Of a stretch of DNA of 64,000 bases, positions 49,291-58,430 are shown one piece after another (position 1 is the stretch's first letter; each line of letters starts with the position of its first letter). Source of the DNA: Candidatus Poribacteria bacterium (lineage in GTDB: Bacteria > Poribacteria > WGA-4E > UBA9662); the NCBI GenBank assembly GCA_046582655.1, contig JAYGDX010000082.1:1-64000 (forward strand), given 5' to 3'. The notes beneath the pieces are model-generated. The model ran no database searches, was not told the DNA's origin, and worked only from the letters and a program-made list of their open reading frames with translations. The translations under genes and the position numbers were made by a program.

Positions 49291-49500
49291 GAAGTCTATG
49301 CCGGTATTCAGTCAGCGGATACATTTCTCTTTCTGATTAGTTCGGATTCAGTGGTCTCCGAGATTCACATCTTGGAGATCCAACATGCCATCCAGCACAA
49401 CAAGCGTCTGGTGCTGTTAGTATGTCGGGGCGAGGAAGCTAATCAAGTTCACTCAGCCATGTCGGCCACATAACTGGGTATTTCCGTGGGAAGAAGATGA
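49291..49500 (+). pseudogene. TIR-domain remnant
   Basis: EVYAGIQSADTFLFLISSDSVVSEIHILEIQHAIQHNKRLVLLVCR...VH..., then after a frameshift HNWVF; matches the bacterial TIR core (I..AD.F.F.IS.DS..S.....E...A...NKR). Confidence 0.65.
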
Positions 49501-50673
49501 ACTGGAACCAAATCCCCATCTGCTTCCAGTATTGTTATTGCGGAGGGATCTAATTCTATTCTGACAGAATCAAAGTTACTACGTATATCAAACATACGTT
49601 TTTCCCCCTCAACATCAATCCAGAGGTATTCCAATAAAATACAGTATTTAACTCTTGGATAACTAGAAACTACTAATTGAAAAATTTGATCCCACCAAAC
49701 CGCGGGACCTATAATACAATGCGCATTCTCGCCGTTTGGTAACGATTTACCCGCTTGATAACAGGCAATGTTTATAAAAACAAATTTTCCAGCCAAGCTG
49801 AAGATCTCGTCTATAATCCACTTGATGTCTTCTTGATGACAGTGTTCCATAACATCTGTCGAGATAACAGCATCATATTGTTTCTAAGGGAGTTTCTGAT
49901 AGGGTAGATAAGCAGGATCGTAACAATAAATCGCATCAACTTCCCAATAATCTTGGAGACCTCGATATTTTAATTGATCTTTGTCTTCCAACAACAGATC
50001 CTTATATTGAAGTCCTTTGCCACTGCCATAATCCAATAAGGTTTGGGAATCTGTTAAAGTAATCAATTTTTTTATAGTACTAATCCAAGGTAATATGCTT
50101 CCACCCGCATACATCTTTTGAGAATCTATTTTATTTTCTGAGTCTCCATTAACATGTAATTTATTGTACATATCAATCAATGAAAGATAAACTGGACTAG
50201 GATTTTGCCTATGGTATTGGCTTTCTAAGGCAATATCTAAGTTATTAGGAGGTAATCCAACAGCTAATAAAATTTCATCACATTTTTGTATAGCATTCTG
50301 CGTTTGACGAGTGGCAGAATAGGCATACATTAAATTACGATGAACTGCGATGTCATTCGATTCAATCGCAATAGCACTATTATATGAATCAATCGCATCA
50401 TAATAAGATCCTCGTTGGATATATGCATTTCCTAAGTTAACGTATAAATCAGCAGAATCTGGATCTATATGTAGCCCACCTAAATATGCCCGGATTGCCA
50501 TTTGATATTGACCTAAGCAATGGTAAGGCATTGCCTATAAGAAGATAGATATCATTATCTTGAACACCATGTTGAATCAGTGGTTGTAAAATTTGCGTGA
50601 CTTGTTTGTACTGTTTCAACCGATAGTGTTCCAATGCAATTTGGACGACTTGTTTCAAGCTAATCTTTTTCAT
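49449..50673 (-). pseudogene. TPR + class I SAM-dependent methyltransferase, fragmented
   Basis: Three ORFs join across a frameshift (~50520) and an in-frame TAG (49884): TPRs, LLDYGSGKG, YDPAY...*KQYDAVISTDVMEH, KSLPNGENAH. AT-rich. Confidence 0.78.
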
Positions 50674-51072
50674 AGAAGTCTTAATTGCTTAAATAGTGTT
50701 TTTTTGACCGGAGATTATACTCTACAGACTATGGATTTTCAGAGAGGGTACCATTTTTTATCAAGCAACGATAACACTAGGCCAGTCACCTGACTTCACA
50801 GAACCAAACATAGTTATAGAAGGATACTATGGAGAATTAGGACGGTTCAACATTACGCATCCAAGGGTATACAGTGGATAATGTCCAACAGACTTTCCTA
50901 CCCTTTTCCTTATGTATTATACCCAAAGGAGTTTCTATTGCCAATACACCACCACTATGTCCAACGAATTTATGATAAATGTGGCACTTTGGTGGGGCAA
51001 TGGGTATGATGAACCGTAGGCCTTGATGACAACCCATCGAAATCTTACGATCGCTTTGTGCTATGTATCGTG

Positions 51073-51112
51073 CATACTGGAAAAGGACCAAACATACTGG
51101 AAAAGGACCAAA
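51073..51112. repeat. Perfect 20-bp tandem duplication CATACTGGAAAAGGACCAAA x2
   Basis: Directly visible; no spacer. Confidence 0.9.
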
Positions 51113-51622
51113 GAGAGATCGGAGGCAATTATGTCAAAGCTCACGAAGAAAAACGGACAAAAGGCCTATTCTAGGTTGGACTTTCATCCTTCTGTCACAT
51201 TCTTCGAGCGACCTAATCGCCTCAAAATTAGCAATTTTTAGCAATTTTCCTCTCGGGTTTTATCGGTTGGAAATGTCAGGAAAAACCAGTTTTTCAGTTT
51301 CAAATCCTAAAAGCATTAGCTATAAAGCCATCTTGTATAAAAAAAGTGTGCCCCCTCCTCGACATTTTGCGGCCACAAATGTGATCCCCGGGGATCATCG
51401 TTACGTACCTTGCAGGCTGATCTCTTCAGCTATCCAAGCATTACAAAGAAAGAACGTTTTCTCAGAATCAAACTCGGTGAGTTATTCTTGTAGGAATAAA
51501 GTTTATTTACTTTTATATTTAGGTGGCGCGAGTAACCGCATTAAAGTTAGAAACTAAAATATAAATTCAGGTAAGTTTTCTATCACTGTTTCTGTCGTGG
51601 GAAACGTCTATGACTGGTTGTT

Positions 51623-52681
51623 CTAGGATTGCGTTGCCACCTGCTTAGCCTTGTTGATCTCGGTCAACAGATCCATCGCGTGCAACGACTCCTCCTGGTT
51701 GTATTGCGGGCACTCACGTAGGCCAGCAGCTAAGCAACGATGAACTGCTTCTGCTTGGTAAAGAAAACCATGCTGGTTCGGGGAGCCTCTGGGTATGCTT
51801 ACAGCTCCCGGCAACGGATACTCAAAAAGCTGTACCGGCGCTGGCGCGTTAGCGGTCCTATAGCGCGAAGGCACTCCATTGGGCGGAGGAACTCGGATAG
51901 TGATGCGTGTTGGACAATGCCCCGGCTGTTCCAAGGTGATCCGACCTTTTGTGCCAATTAACTCTGTCACTTCTGCAAGCTCGCAATTGGACGGTGGAAA
52001 CGTCAGAACGGCACACTTTTCATCACCGTACTCCACAATTGCACCGCTGGCCTTGCGCCCTGCGGCAGTGATAGCCGTTGGCACTGCCTGTGCCCCAAAC
52101 GCCAATGGAGCAGCCTGTATAGCGTAGATAGGATCAAAGAAGTCAGACTGGGTCATCACAACCTCGCCAATGGTGCCAGCCTCGATGGCAACACGGGCGT
52201 GCTCCACCGCTGGGAAGAACCTAGTCCACATTCCGTCCTGCAACATTACGTCTTTCGCTACTGACGCAGTATACATGGCTCGCGCATCGGAGGCGTTCTC
52301 CGCAAGCGGCTTCTCGCACAGCACATGTTTGCCTGCCTCAATAGCGAGAAGGCTGTGCTCTTTGTGGAGTCTAGTGATCGTCCCAACGTACACAATATCC
52401 ACGTCAGGGGCTGCCACCATCTCAGCGTAGCTGCCGTAGGAAGATGTGATGCTATACTTCGCCGCAAACTCCTTGGCACGGTCGGCAGACCGCGCAGCCA
52501 CGGCGGTCACCGTCGCTCCTTCGCACTCACGCAAGCACATGACCCATTGAGCAGAGATAGAACCGGCTCCGATAATACCCCAACGCAACGGGAATGCGAC
52601 ATCTGCCAGCTTTGTAATGTTGAGGCGAACGTCCATTGGTGTCGAAAGAGGCAGGTCACTTGCAGCAAAATCCATGATCAT
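51623..52681 (-). CDS. Gfo/Idh/MocA family oxidoreductase (dihydrodiol-dehydrogenase-like)
   Basis: RWGIIGAGSI, AVAARS..RA..FA, VDIVYVGT...H, GKHVLCEKP and WTRFFP motifs. Confidence 0.92.
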   Translation of the reverse strand: MIMDFAASDLPLSTPMDVRLNITKLADVAFPLRWGIIGAGSISAQWVMCLRECEGATVTAVAARSADRAKEFAAKYSITSSYGSYAEMVAAPDVDIVYVGTITRLHKEHSLLAIEAGKHVLCEKPLAENASDARAMYTASVAKDVMLQDGMWTRFFPAVEHARVAIEAGTIGEVVMTQSDFFDPIYAIQAAPLAFGAQAVPTAITAAGRKASGAIVEYGDEKCAVLTFPPSNCELAEVTELIGTKGRITLEQPGHCPTRITIRVPPPNGVPSRYRTANAPAPVQLFEYPLPGAVSIPRGSPNQHGFLYQAEAVHRCLAAGLRECPQYNQEESLHAMDLLTEINKAKQVATQS

Positions 52682-53303
52682 ACATTTTACACTGTACAGC
52701 AGAGGTTTTCGAAATAGAACAAAATTAAATCCTTCTCCGGTTTCTTAAGGAACACCAAATTATGAAGACGTCCGCACAGCAAAAGTTTACGCAACTTTTA
52801 CCTACCCAAAACCAAGTCATGAGCCAAGGGAGTTCACCGGTTACTGGGCTTCCTATCACAAGAATCCTACTTTATCAACTAGATTTGAATCTGGTGTCCC
52901 TAGCACATACCCTGTACACGAGTTGTCTATTGCACAGGTATCAAAAGTTGTTTAACTGTGGGTTTCAAGCAACTACCACTTCAAACCCACCATACCTCTC
53001 TCTTACAACTGATTATTGTAAGTGCTGACTCTGGTAGGATAATTCTGTTTCGTCAAAACCAAAATCAACAACAGCGAGAGCACTGATGACCTAGATATAC
53101 TAGCAGCTAAATCGATCCCGAAGTTAAAGCACTACACAAGGTCATGAGTAAGGTATGTCCCTAGCAACTTCAACATGCTTACTTCATTTAACAATAATAC
53201 AACAACACAACCATCTATTAACCGATCGTTCTTTGGAATTTCATTACGATCGGCTCCGCTAGGATCTTGATTTAGGGAGGTTCTCCCAAAACCATACGTC
53301 TTT

Positions 53304-53357
53304 AAAAAAAGACCTCCTACATAAGCTAATCTTTTCTTTTTTGGCTTATATTAGGAG
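53304..53357 (-). terminator. Putative rho-independent terminator after the CBM9-like gene pair
   Basis: Reverse strand CTCCTAATATAAGC...GCTTATGTAGGAG imperfect stem followed by a T7 run, 20 nt past the stop at 53377. Confidence 0.55.
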
Positions 53358-53376
53358 ATCGATAGTAGCAAATAAA

Positions 53377-54180
53377 TTATTTTTGCGTCTTGATTCCTCC
53401 CCAAGCCACAGAAAGTTTGCCTCTAGCACGAACAGGCATGGATTCATCTGAGAAAATAATGTGTCCGAACCCTTGACTTTGATCATGAGCCTCACGACCG
53501 GTCCAGGTCATCTGCAATTTTCTATCAGCCCCGTCATCGGCATCATCAAAAACAGGATGGAAACCCATGGCTTTGCCTACTTTGAAATCTAAGGATTTGA
53601 CGTTGGCATACTCGATGGCAACCTCGCAGACATATCCCTTACCAGTTTTGGTGGATTTCACCTTCAGGTAATCAGGCTCTCTACCACCATTCCCATCCAT
53701 GTTACACCAGTTCCATCTTTTGTTATCAGGATTAAAACCCCACTGGTAATGGATAGTCCCATTGTGCGGAGCGACAGCTTTAGGAGCAGACAAGAACACT
53801 TCTATGCAGTCAGCATTCCAAATGCCAGAACCGTCTTTCTGCAGGGACAGCTTGTCATCCTTCATAACTGATGCCATGTAAATATTATCATCATCCCATA
53901 ACACGTAAAATTCGCCACTGCTATCGGCAGGATTCTTCCAAGCAGCTGCACCCTGAGCAGCACCAGGAAAGATCTGTTCCTTGGTATCAAGTACTGCTGG
54001 GGTTAAGTAATCCAACATCCAATCGTCTAACTTCCCATCAATCTTGGGAGAGCCCCTGAGGACATCTATTACCAATGGTTCCCCGGTTTTTGGATGTGTT
54101 GCTGGCTTGTCTGCGGCAATTGCCATAATCGAAATAAGCAGAAGCAGGTTCCAGATTAAAAGATGTTTTGTGAATCGCAT
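53377..54180 (-). CDS. Secreted CBM9/DOMON-like sugar-binding domain protein
   Basis: Signal peptide; PKIDGKLDDW, WDDDNIY.A....DD, W.AD.IEVF, GY.CEVAI; C-terminal GKLSVAWGGIK. Confidence 0.82.
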   Translation of the reverse strand: MRFTKHLLIWNLLLLISIMAIAADKPATHPKTGEPLVIDVLRGSPKIDGKLDDWMLDYLTPAVLDTKEQIFPGAAQGAAAWKNPADSSGEFYVLWDDDNIYMASVMKDDKLSLQKDGSGIWNADCIEVFLSAPKAVAPHNGTIHYQWGFNPDNKRWNWCNMDGNGGREPDYLKVKSTKTGKGYVCEVAIEYANVKSLDFKVGKAMGFHPVFDDADDGADRKLQMTWTGREAHDQSQGFGHIIFSDESMPVRARGKLSVAWGGIKTQK

Positions 54181-54238
54181 TTTACAGTATTATCTCCTTA
54201 ACGAGGTCTATTCTTTTATATCGAGAGCAGCAGGAAAA

Positions 54239-55042
54239 CTACTGCTGCGTCTTCATTTCACTCCAAACTGCAGCAAGTTTGCCTTTGGCATGTACGGGCG
54301 CCACTGCGCGACTCGAGAGTATTATGTGTCCAAATCCTTTGCTCTGATCGTGAGCCTCACGGCCAGTCCAGGTCATCTGTAGTTGCCTATTAGGTCCATC
54401 ATCGGCATCATCAAAACAAGGGTGAAAACCAATGGCATTACCTGCTTTGAAACCTAAGGATTTGATGTGTGAGTAGTCAATAGCAACCTCGCAGATATAT
54501 CCATCGCTAGTTTTAGCAGATTTTATCTTGAGGTAATCAGGTTTTCTACCACCATTCCCATCCATGTTACACCAGTTCCAAATCTGGTCTTTGACGTCAA
54601 AACCATACTGGTAATGGATGGTGTTTTTGTGCGGAGTGACAGCTTTAGGAGCAGAAAAGAACACTTCTATCGCGTCAGCATTCCAGATAGCACCACCCGT
54701 TTTCTGATTGGACAACTTATCATCCTTCATGACTGCCGCAATGTAGACGTTATTATCATCCCATTGCACGTAAAACTCACCACTGCTATCCTTCGGCCCC
54801 GTCCAATTTGCTACAGGACCAGCCCCAGGGAAGATTTGTTCTTTGGTATCAAGCACGGCTGGAGTTAGCGCCCCAAGATCCCAATCGTTTAATTTACCAT
54901 CAATTTTGGGCGTCCCCTTAAAACAGTCTATTACCAACGACTTCCCGGTCTTGGGATGTTTCGCCGCCGGATCCGCCGCGATCGCTACATTGGATACGAA
55001 CAAAATCAAACACCAAATGAAACAGCATTTTGTAAATTGCAT
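54239..55042 (-). CDS. Secreted CBM9/DOMON-like sugar-binding domain protein (tandem paralog)
   Basis: Same length (267 aa) and colinear with 53377..54180; C-terminal GKLAAVWSEMK. Confidence 0.82.
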   Translation of the reverse strand: MQFTKCCFIWCLILFVSNVAIAADPAAKHPKTGKSLVIDCFKGTPKIDGKLNDWDLGALTPAVLDTKEQIFPGAGPVANWTGPKDSSGEFYVQWDDNNVYIAAVMKDDKLSNQKTGGAIWNADAIEVFFSAPKAVTPHKNTIHYQYGFDVKDQIWNWCNMDGNGGRKPDYLKIKSAKTSDGYICEVAIDYSHIKSLGFKAGNAIGFHPCFDDADDGPNRQLQMTWTGREAHDQSKGFGHIILSSRAVAPVHAKGKLAAVWSEMKTQQ

Positions 55043-55095
55043 TTTATTAAGTTACCTTAACAAAAGCTTTATTTATGTACATACAATACCTTGTC

Positions 55096-55125
55096 AATCT
55101 AACATACACCTCTTGAACCCGTCAA
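55096..55125 (-). promoter_or_regulatory. Putative sigma70 promoter TTGACG-N18-TAGATT
   Basis: Reverse strand, about 55 nt upstream of ATG 55042, with TG extension. Confidence 0.45.
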
Positions 55126-55444
55126 GATTTTTCTCTTGATTGTTACTTCAGAACAAGTCAGGACGATGCGGTATCAGAACGAGATGGACAGTGGGCGATA
55201 CTATGTATGGCAAACATCCACCTTCAGGGAGAAGCAGAGACTTTTAAACAGTGAACTGAAACTCCCATATAGCCGCCTCAGGACGATGAACCGGTAGAAC
55301 ATTTGATGAATGTTAAGAGATCAAACAAAGGGGTGTCAAATAGCTTGTACAGCGGAATAAATCAAAGAAACGAAAATATTATTATCGCTCAATATTGTTT
55401 TTCTACGCACACATATGAGATAATTAATCAGCAACGAGGTTAGA

Positions 55445-56704
55445 ATGAAATTTGGGTTGTTTTATGAACATCAGATTCCACGTCCTTGGGATGACGGAGA
55501 TGAACTGCAGCTATTTCAAGACGCCCTTGCCCAAGTTGAACTAGCCGATCAACTTGGGTTTGATTATATCTGGGAAGTTGAACACCATTTTCTAGAAGAG
55601 TATTCACATTCTTCCGCGCCCGAAGTTTTCTTGGCAGCTTGCAGCCAACGAACTAAACAGATTCGGTTAGGACACGGTATCGTCCTTCATCCACCTGCAT
55701 ATAACCATCCAGCCCGCATCGCTGAACGGCTTGCCACCTTAGATCTAGTGTCCAACGGTCGTGTAGAGTGGGGAACAGGCGAGTCTGCCTCACGTGTTGA
55801 GATTGAAGCTTTCAACATAGATCCCACCCAAAAACGTGAGATGTGGCTGGAATCCGTGCGAGAAACCGCAAAGATGATGGTCCAGTCGCCCTATTCTGGC
55901 TGCGAGGGAAAGTATTTCTCGATGCCATCACGAAACATTGTGCCTAAACCCGTACAAAAGCCCCACCCTCCTATCTGGGTTGCCTGTTCCAACCGAGAGA
56001 CAATTCGGGTCGCAGCTAAACTTGGAATTGGCGCGCTCACCTTTGCCTTTATAGATCCTGAAGAAGCTAGAAGTTGGGTCGATGAATACTATGAAATTTT
56101 TCAAAAAGAGTGTACTCCAATTGGACAAGCAGTAAATCCGAATATTGCTATGGTTACTGGCTTCTCATGTCATGAAAAAGAGCAGGTTGCCGCTGAACGC
56201 AGTTTGAAGGGACTCCGGTTTTTCATGTATGCGCTTAACCATTTTTACTTTAACGGTTCTCATACACCAAGTAAAACAGATATATGGCAAGCATACGAAA
56301 AAACAAATCAGCCGCCTCTGGAAAGACGCGGAGGAATCGGTACACCTCTTCAGATTCGTGACCATCTCGCCAAATTTGAAGAGGCAGGCGTGGATCAGAT
56401 AATTTTCATACAGCAAGCGGGGAAAAACCTGCATCGACATATCTGTGAATCCCTTGAGCTTTTTACGTCTAAAGTCTTGCCAGAGTTTAAGGAACGAGAT
56501 CAAATTCAAACAAAGCAAAAAACTGATAAATTAGCCGATGCCATTAAACGGGCAAAGGCTCTGGTTAAAACAATTCCTTCTGACGCTCAGGTGCCAACTG
56601 TTGAGGCTTATCCAATCTTGCAAAAGAAACTAGAAGGCCATCCGAATCCAACAGATCAGCAATCCTCCTGGTCTGAAGCAATCGAAGGAGGAAAACAGGC
56701 ATGA
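55445..56704 (+). CDS. LLM-class (luciferase-like) flavin-dependent oxidoreductase
   Basis: MKFGLF, ADQLGFD..W.VEHHF, RTKQIRLG, HPARIAER.ATLDLVSNGRVE.G.G, VPKPVQKPHPPIWVA. Confidence 0.93.
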   Translation: MKFGLFYEHQIPRPWDDGDELQLFQDALAQVELADQLGFDYIWEVEHHFLEEYSHSSAPEVFLAACSQRTKQIRLGHGIVLHPPAYNHPARIAERLATLDLVSNGRVEWGTGESASRVEIEAFNIDPTQKREMWLESVRETAKMMVQSPYSGCEGKYFSMPSRNIVPKPVQKPHPPIWVACSNRETIRVAAKLGIGALTFAFIDPEEARSWVDEYYEIFQKECTPIGQAVNPNIAMVTGFSCHEKEQVAAERSLKGLRFFMYALNHFYFNGSHTPSKTDIWQAYEKTNQPPLERRGGIGTPLQIRDHLAKFEEAGVDQIIFIQQAGKNLHRHICESLELFTSKVLPEFKERDQIQTKQKTDKLADAIKRAKALVKTIPSDAQVPTVEAYPILQKKLEGHPNPTDQQSSWSEAIEGGKQA

Positions 56705-57285
56705 AGCTATATAAGCTTTGATATCAATATGGATCCTAATATCTCCGGATGGCTTTATTCCAGCTAAATTGAAAAATTATGATTCGCCCAATTTCGACAT
56801 TCATGTGGCACCCTGCATAGCTATATTTTGCGGATGTTGACGACGCAACACATAAAATGTTGGCGATGAGATCAGTTCGCTTCTTCAGGTCGATTATGAT
56901 TGGGTATTATCAGTCCGATTAAATCAAAAACCTTCATCTGCTCGCACAAACTAGATGATACTGACATTCGATACCTACGCTGAGATTAACGAACGTCTAC
57001 CGAAGATCAAAATTACTATAAGTTCTATCCAATCATTAAACGATTATGCCCATACCAAGTCTAAGTGGCAGTTCAAAGACTCGTTCGAACGCGAAACGCG
57101 TTTCAAATAAATGACACACGAATTGTAACAGATGACACGTTCCCACGAGATTCATATTTCCAGATTCAGTTTTGGGGTTGGCAAAAGCTCAATAGACAAA
57201 TTCACTATACCTTATTAAATCATAACTCTAATAATAGCAAAACACTAAACCTGAAACACAGAATTTATGTGAAGCTCAAATACAA

Positions 57286-58425
57286 ATGAAAGCAAGAAAT
57301 GGCAGAGCCTCAAGACATAAACCATTTATATTTTTACTTTTTTTGATCAATATAAATACCATAGCCCAAAAAGAAAACACCATCGACTATGTTGTTGCCG
57401 TAGTCAATGATGAAGCGATCACGCAGAGCGCGCTTGAAAATGAACCATTGCTTAATCACCTGCTTTGGAAATCTGATTTGCAGGTCCAAGAAGTCAGACT
57501 GAATAGTGTAATTGTACTGTCTGGTGGTGAAGATTATGGGCTTGTTTCCAATAGTATTGTGGAAGTATTAGACCAGGAGACTCGACAGAAAATCGCACAT
57601 GCACGGATTAAACAGGTTGATCCAAGGAGAGCTACGGCCGTGATATCTGATTCACCAACTCAAACTGTCAAAATTGGCCATTTCGTGCGAAGACCTTTAA
57701 TGGATGTAATGAAGGAATTAGTTCTAATCGATCGAAAATTGGTAACGCCAATCATAGACGTCGCACCAAACAATATTATTGTACTTTCTGGTGGAATGAA
57801 TTACGGTTTTGCACCAAGAGACATTGTGGACGTGCTAGATCAAGAAACTCGGCAGAAAATTGCACATGCACGGATTAAACAGGTTGATCCAAGGAGAGCT
57901 ACGGCCGTGATATCTGATTCACCAACTCAAACTGTTAAAATTGGCCATTTCGTGCAAAGACCTTTAGTAGAAATCATTTTGCTGGATGTGCGAACTGTAC
58001 TGAACGAATTAATAGATCGAAAATTGATGATGCAGGAGGCCGATAGATTAGGTATACCATTGGCTCGTTGGAAAGGGAAAATTGATGAGGAGTTAAAGGC
58101 CACCTTAAATAATGAGATATTATTGAAAGAAATAAACCAGAAATTCGGTTTGGAGGTGGAAGAAATAAGGGAATGGTTACGAACTAAATTGATTCTGAAT
58201 GAGTTTCGGGATCGACGCTTCGGAAGAACCGACAATCTTAAACAGCAAGCAGCAGAATATTATAGCCAGCACCCCAATGAATTTTATGATCAAAAACTGT
58301 CACGTAAAAGAAGTTTTGAAGAAGTTCTTCAGGAAATCCAAAATCGGTTGAGAAATCAAATCAACATTGATTTAGAAGAATGGCTGAAACAGCAGAGAAG
58401 TTCGAGTTATATCCTGAAACTATAG
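57286..58425 (+). CDS. SurA N-terminal-domain-like protein with a duplicated inserted beta domain
   Basis: IDYVVAVVNDEAITQS.L, L.ELIDRKL..QEA.RLGI, FEEV..EI...L and WL...R....I; no PPIase domain visible; internal 267-bp-period repeat. Confidence 0.75.
   Translation: MKARNGRASRHKPFIFLLFLININTIAQKENTIDYVVAVVNDEAITQSALENEPLLNHLLWKSDLQVQEVRLNSVIVLSGGEDYGLVSNSIVEVLDQETRQKIAHARIKQVDPRRATAVISDSPTQTVKIGHFVRRPLMDVMKELVLIDRKLVTPIIDVAPNNIIVLSGGMNYGFAPRDIVDVLDQETRQKIAHARIKQVDPRRATAVISDSPTQTVKIGHFVQRPLVEIILLDVRTVLNELIDRKLMMQEADRLGIPLARWKGKIDEELKATLNNEILLKEINQKFGLEVEEIREWLRTKLILNEFRDRRFGRTDNLKQQAAEYYSQHPNEFYDQKLSRKRSFEEVLQEIQNRLRNQINIDLEEWLKQQRSSSYILKL
57511..57967 (+). repeat. Intragenic direct repeat, period 267 bp (89 aa)
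   Basis: 57595-57668 is identical to 57862-57935 (74 bp); the 5' parts of the two units are diverged. Confidence 0.9.
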
Positions 58426-58430
58426 CCCTT

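Noticed and set aside
47956..49886. In-frame TAG codons (47956, 49884, also in the NUDIX relic) as amber recoding or pyrrolysine
   Set aside because: The same genes also carry frameshifts, and TAG ends intact genes (e.g. 8642, 19468, 34405); ordinary pseudogenisation is simpler.
51073..51112. 20-bp repeat as a CRISPR remnant
   Set aside because: Only two abutting copies, no spacer, no cas genes.
50800..51557. ORFs 50837..51091, 51023..51241 and 51063..51557
   Set aside because: No recognisable family and atypical composition; probably degraded sequence.
57511..57967. Intragenic repeat as a DGR TR/VR pair
   Set aside because: Both copies are in frame in one gene and the differences are not adenine-specific.
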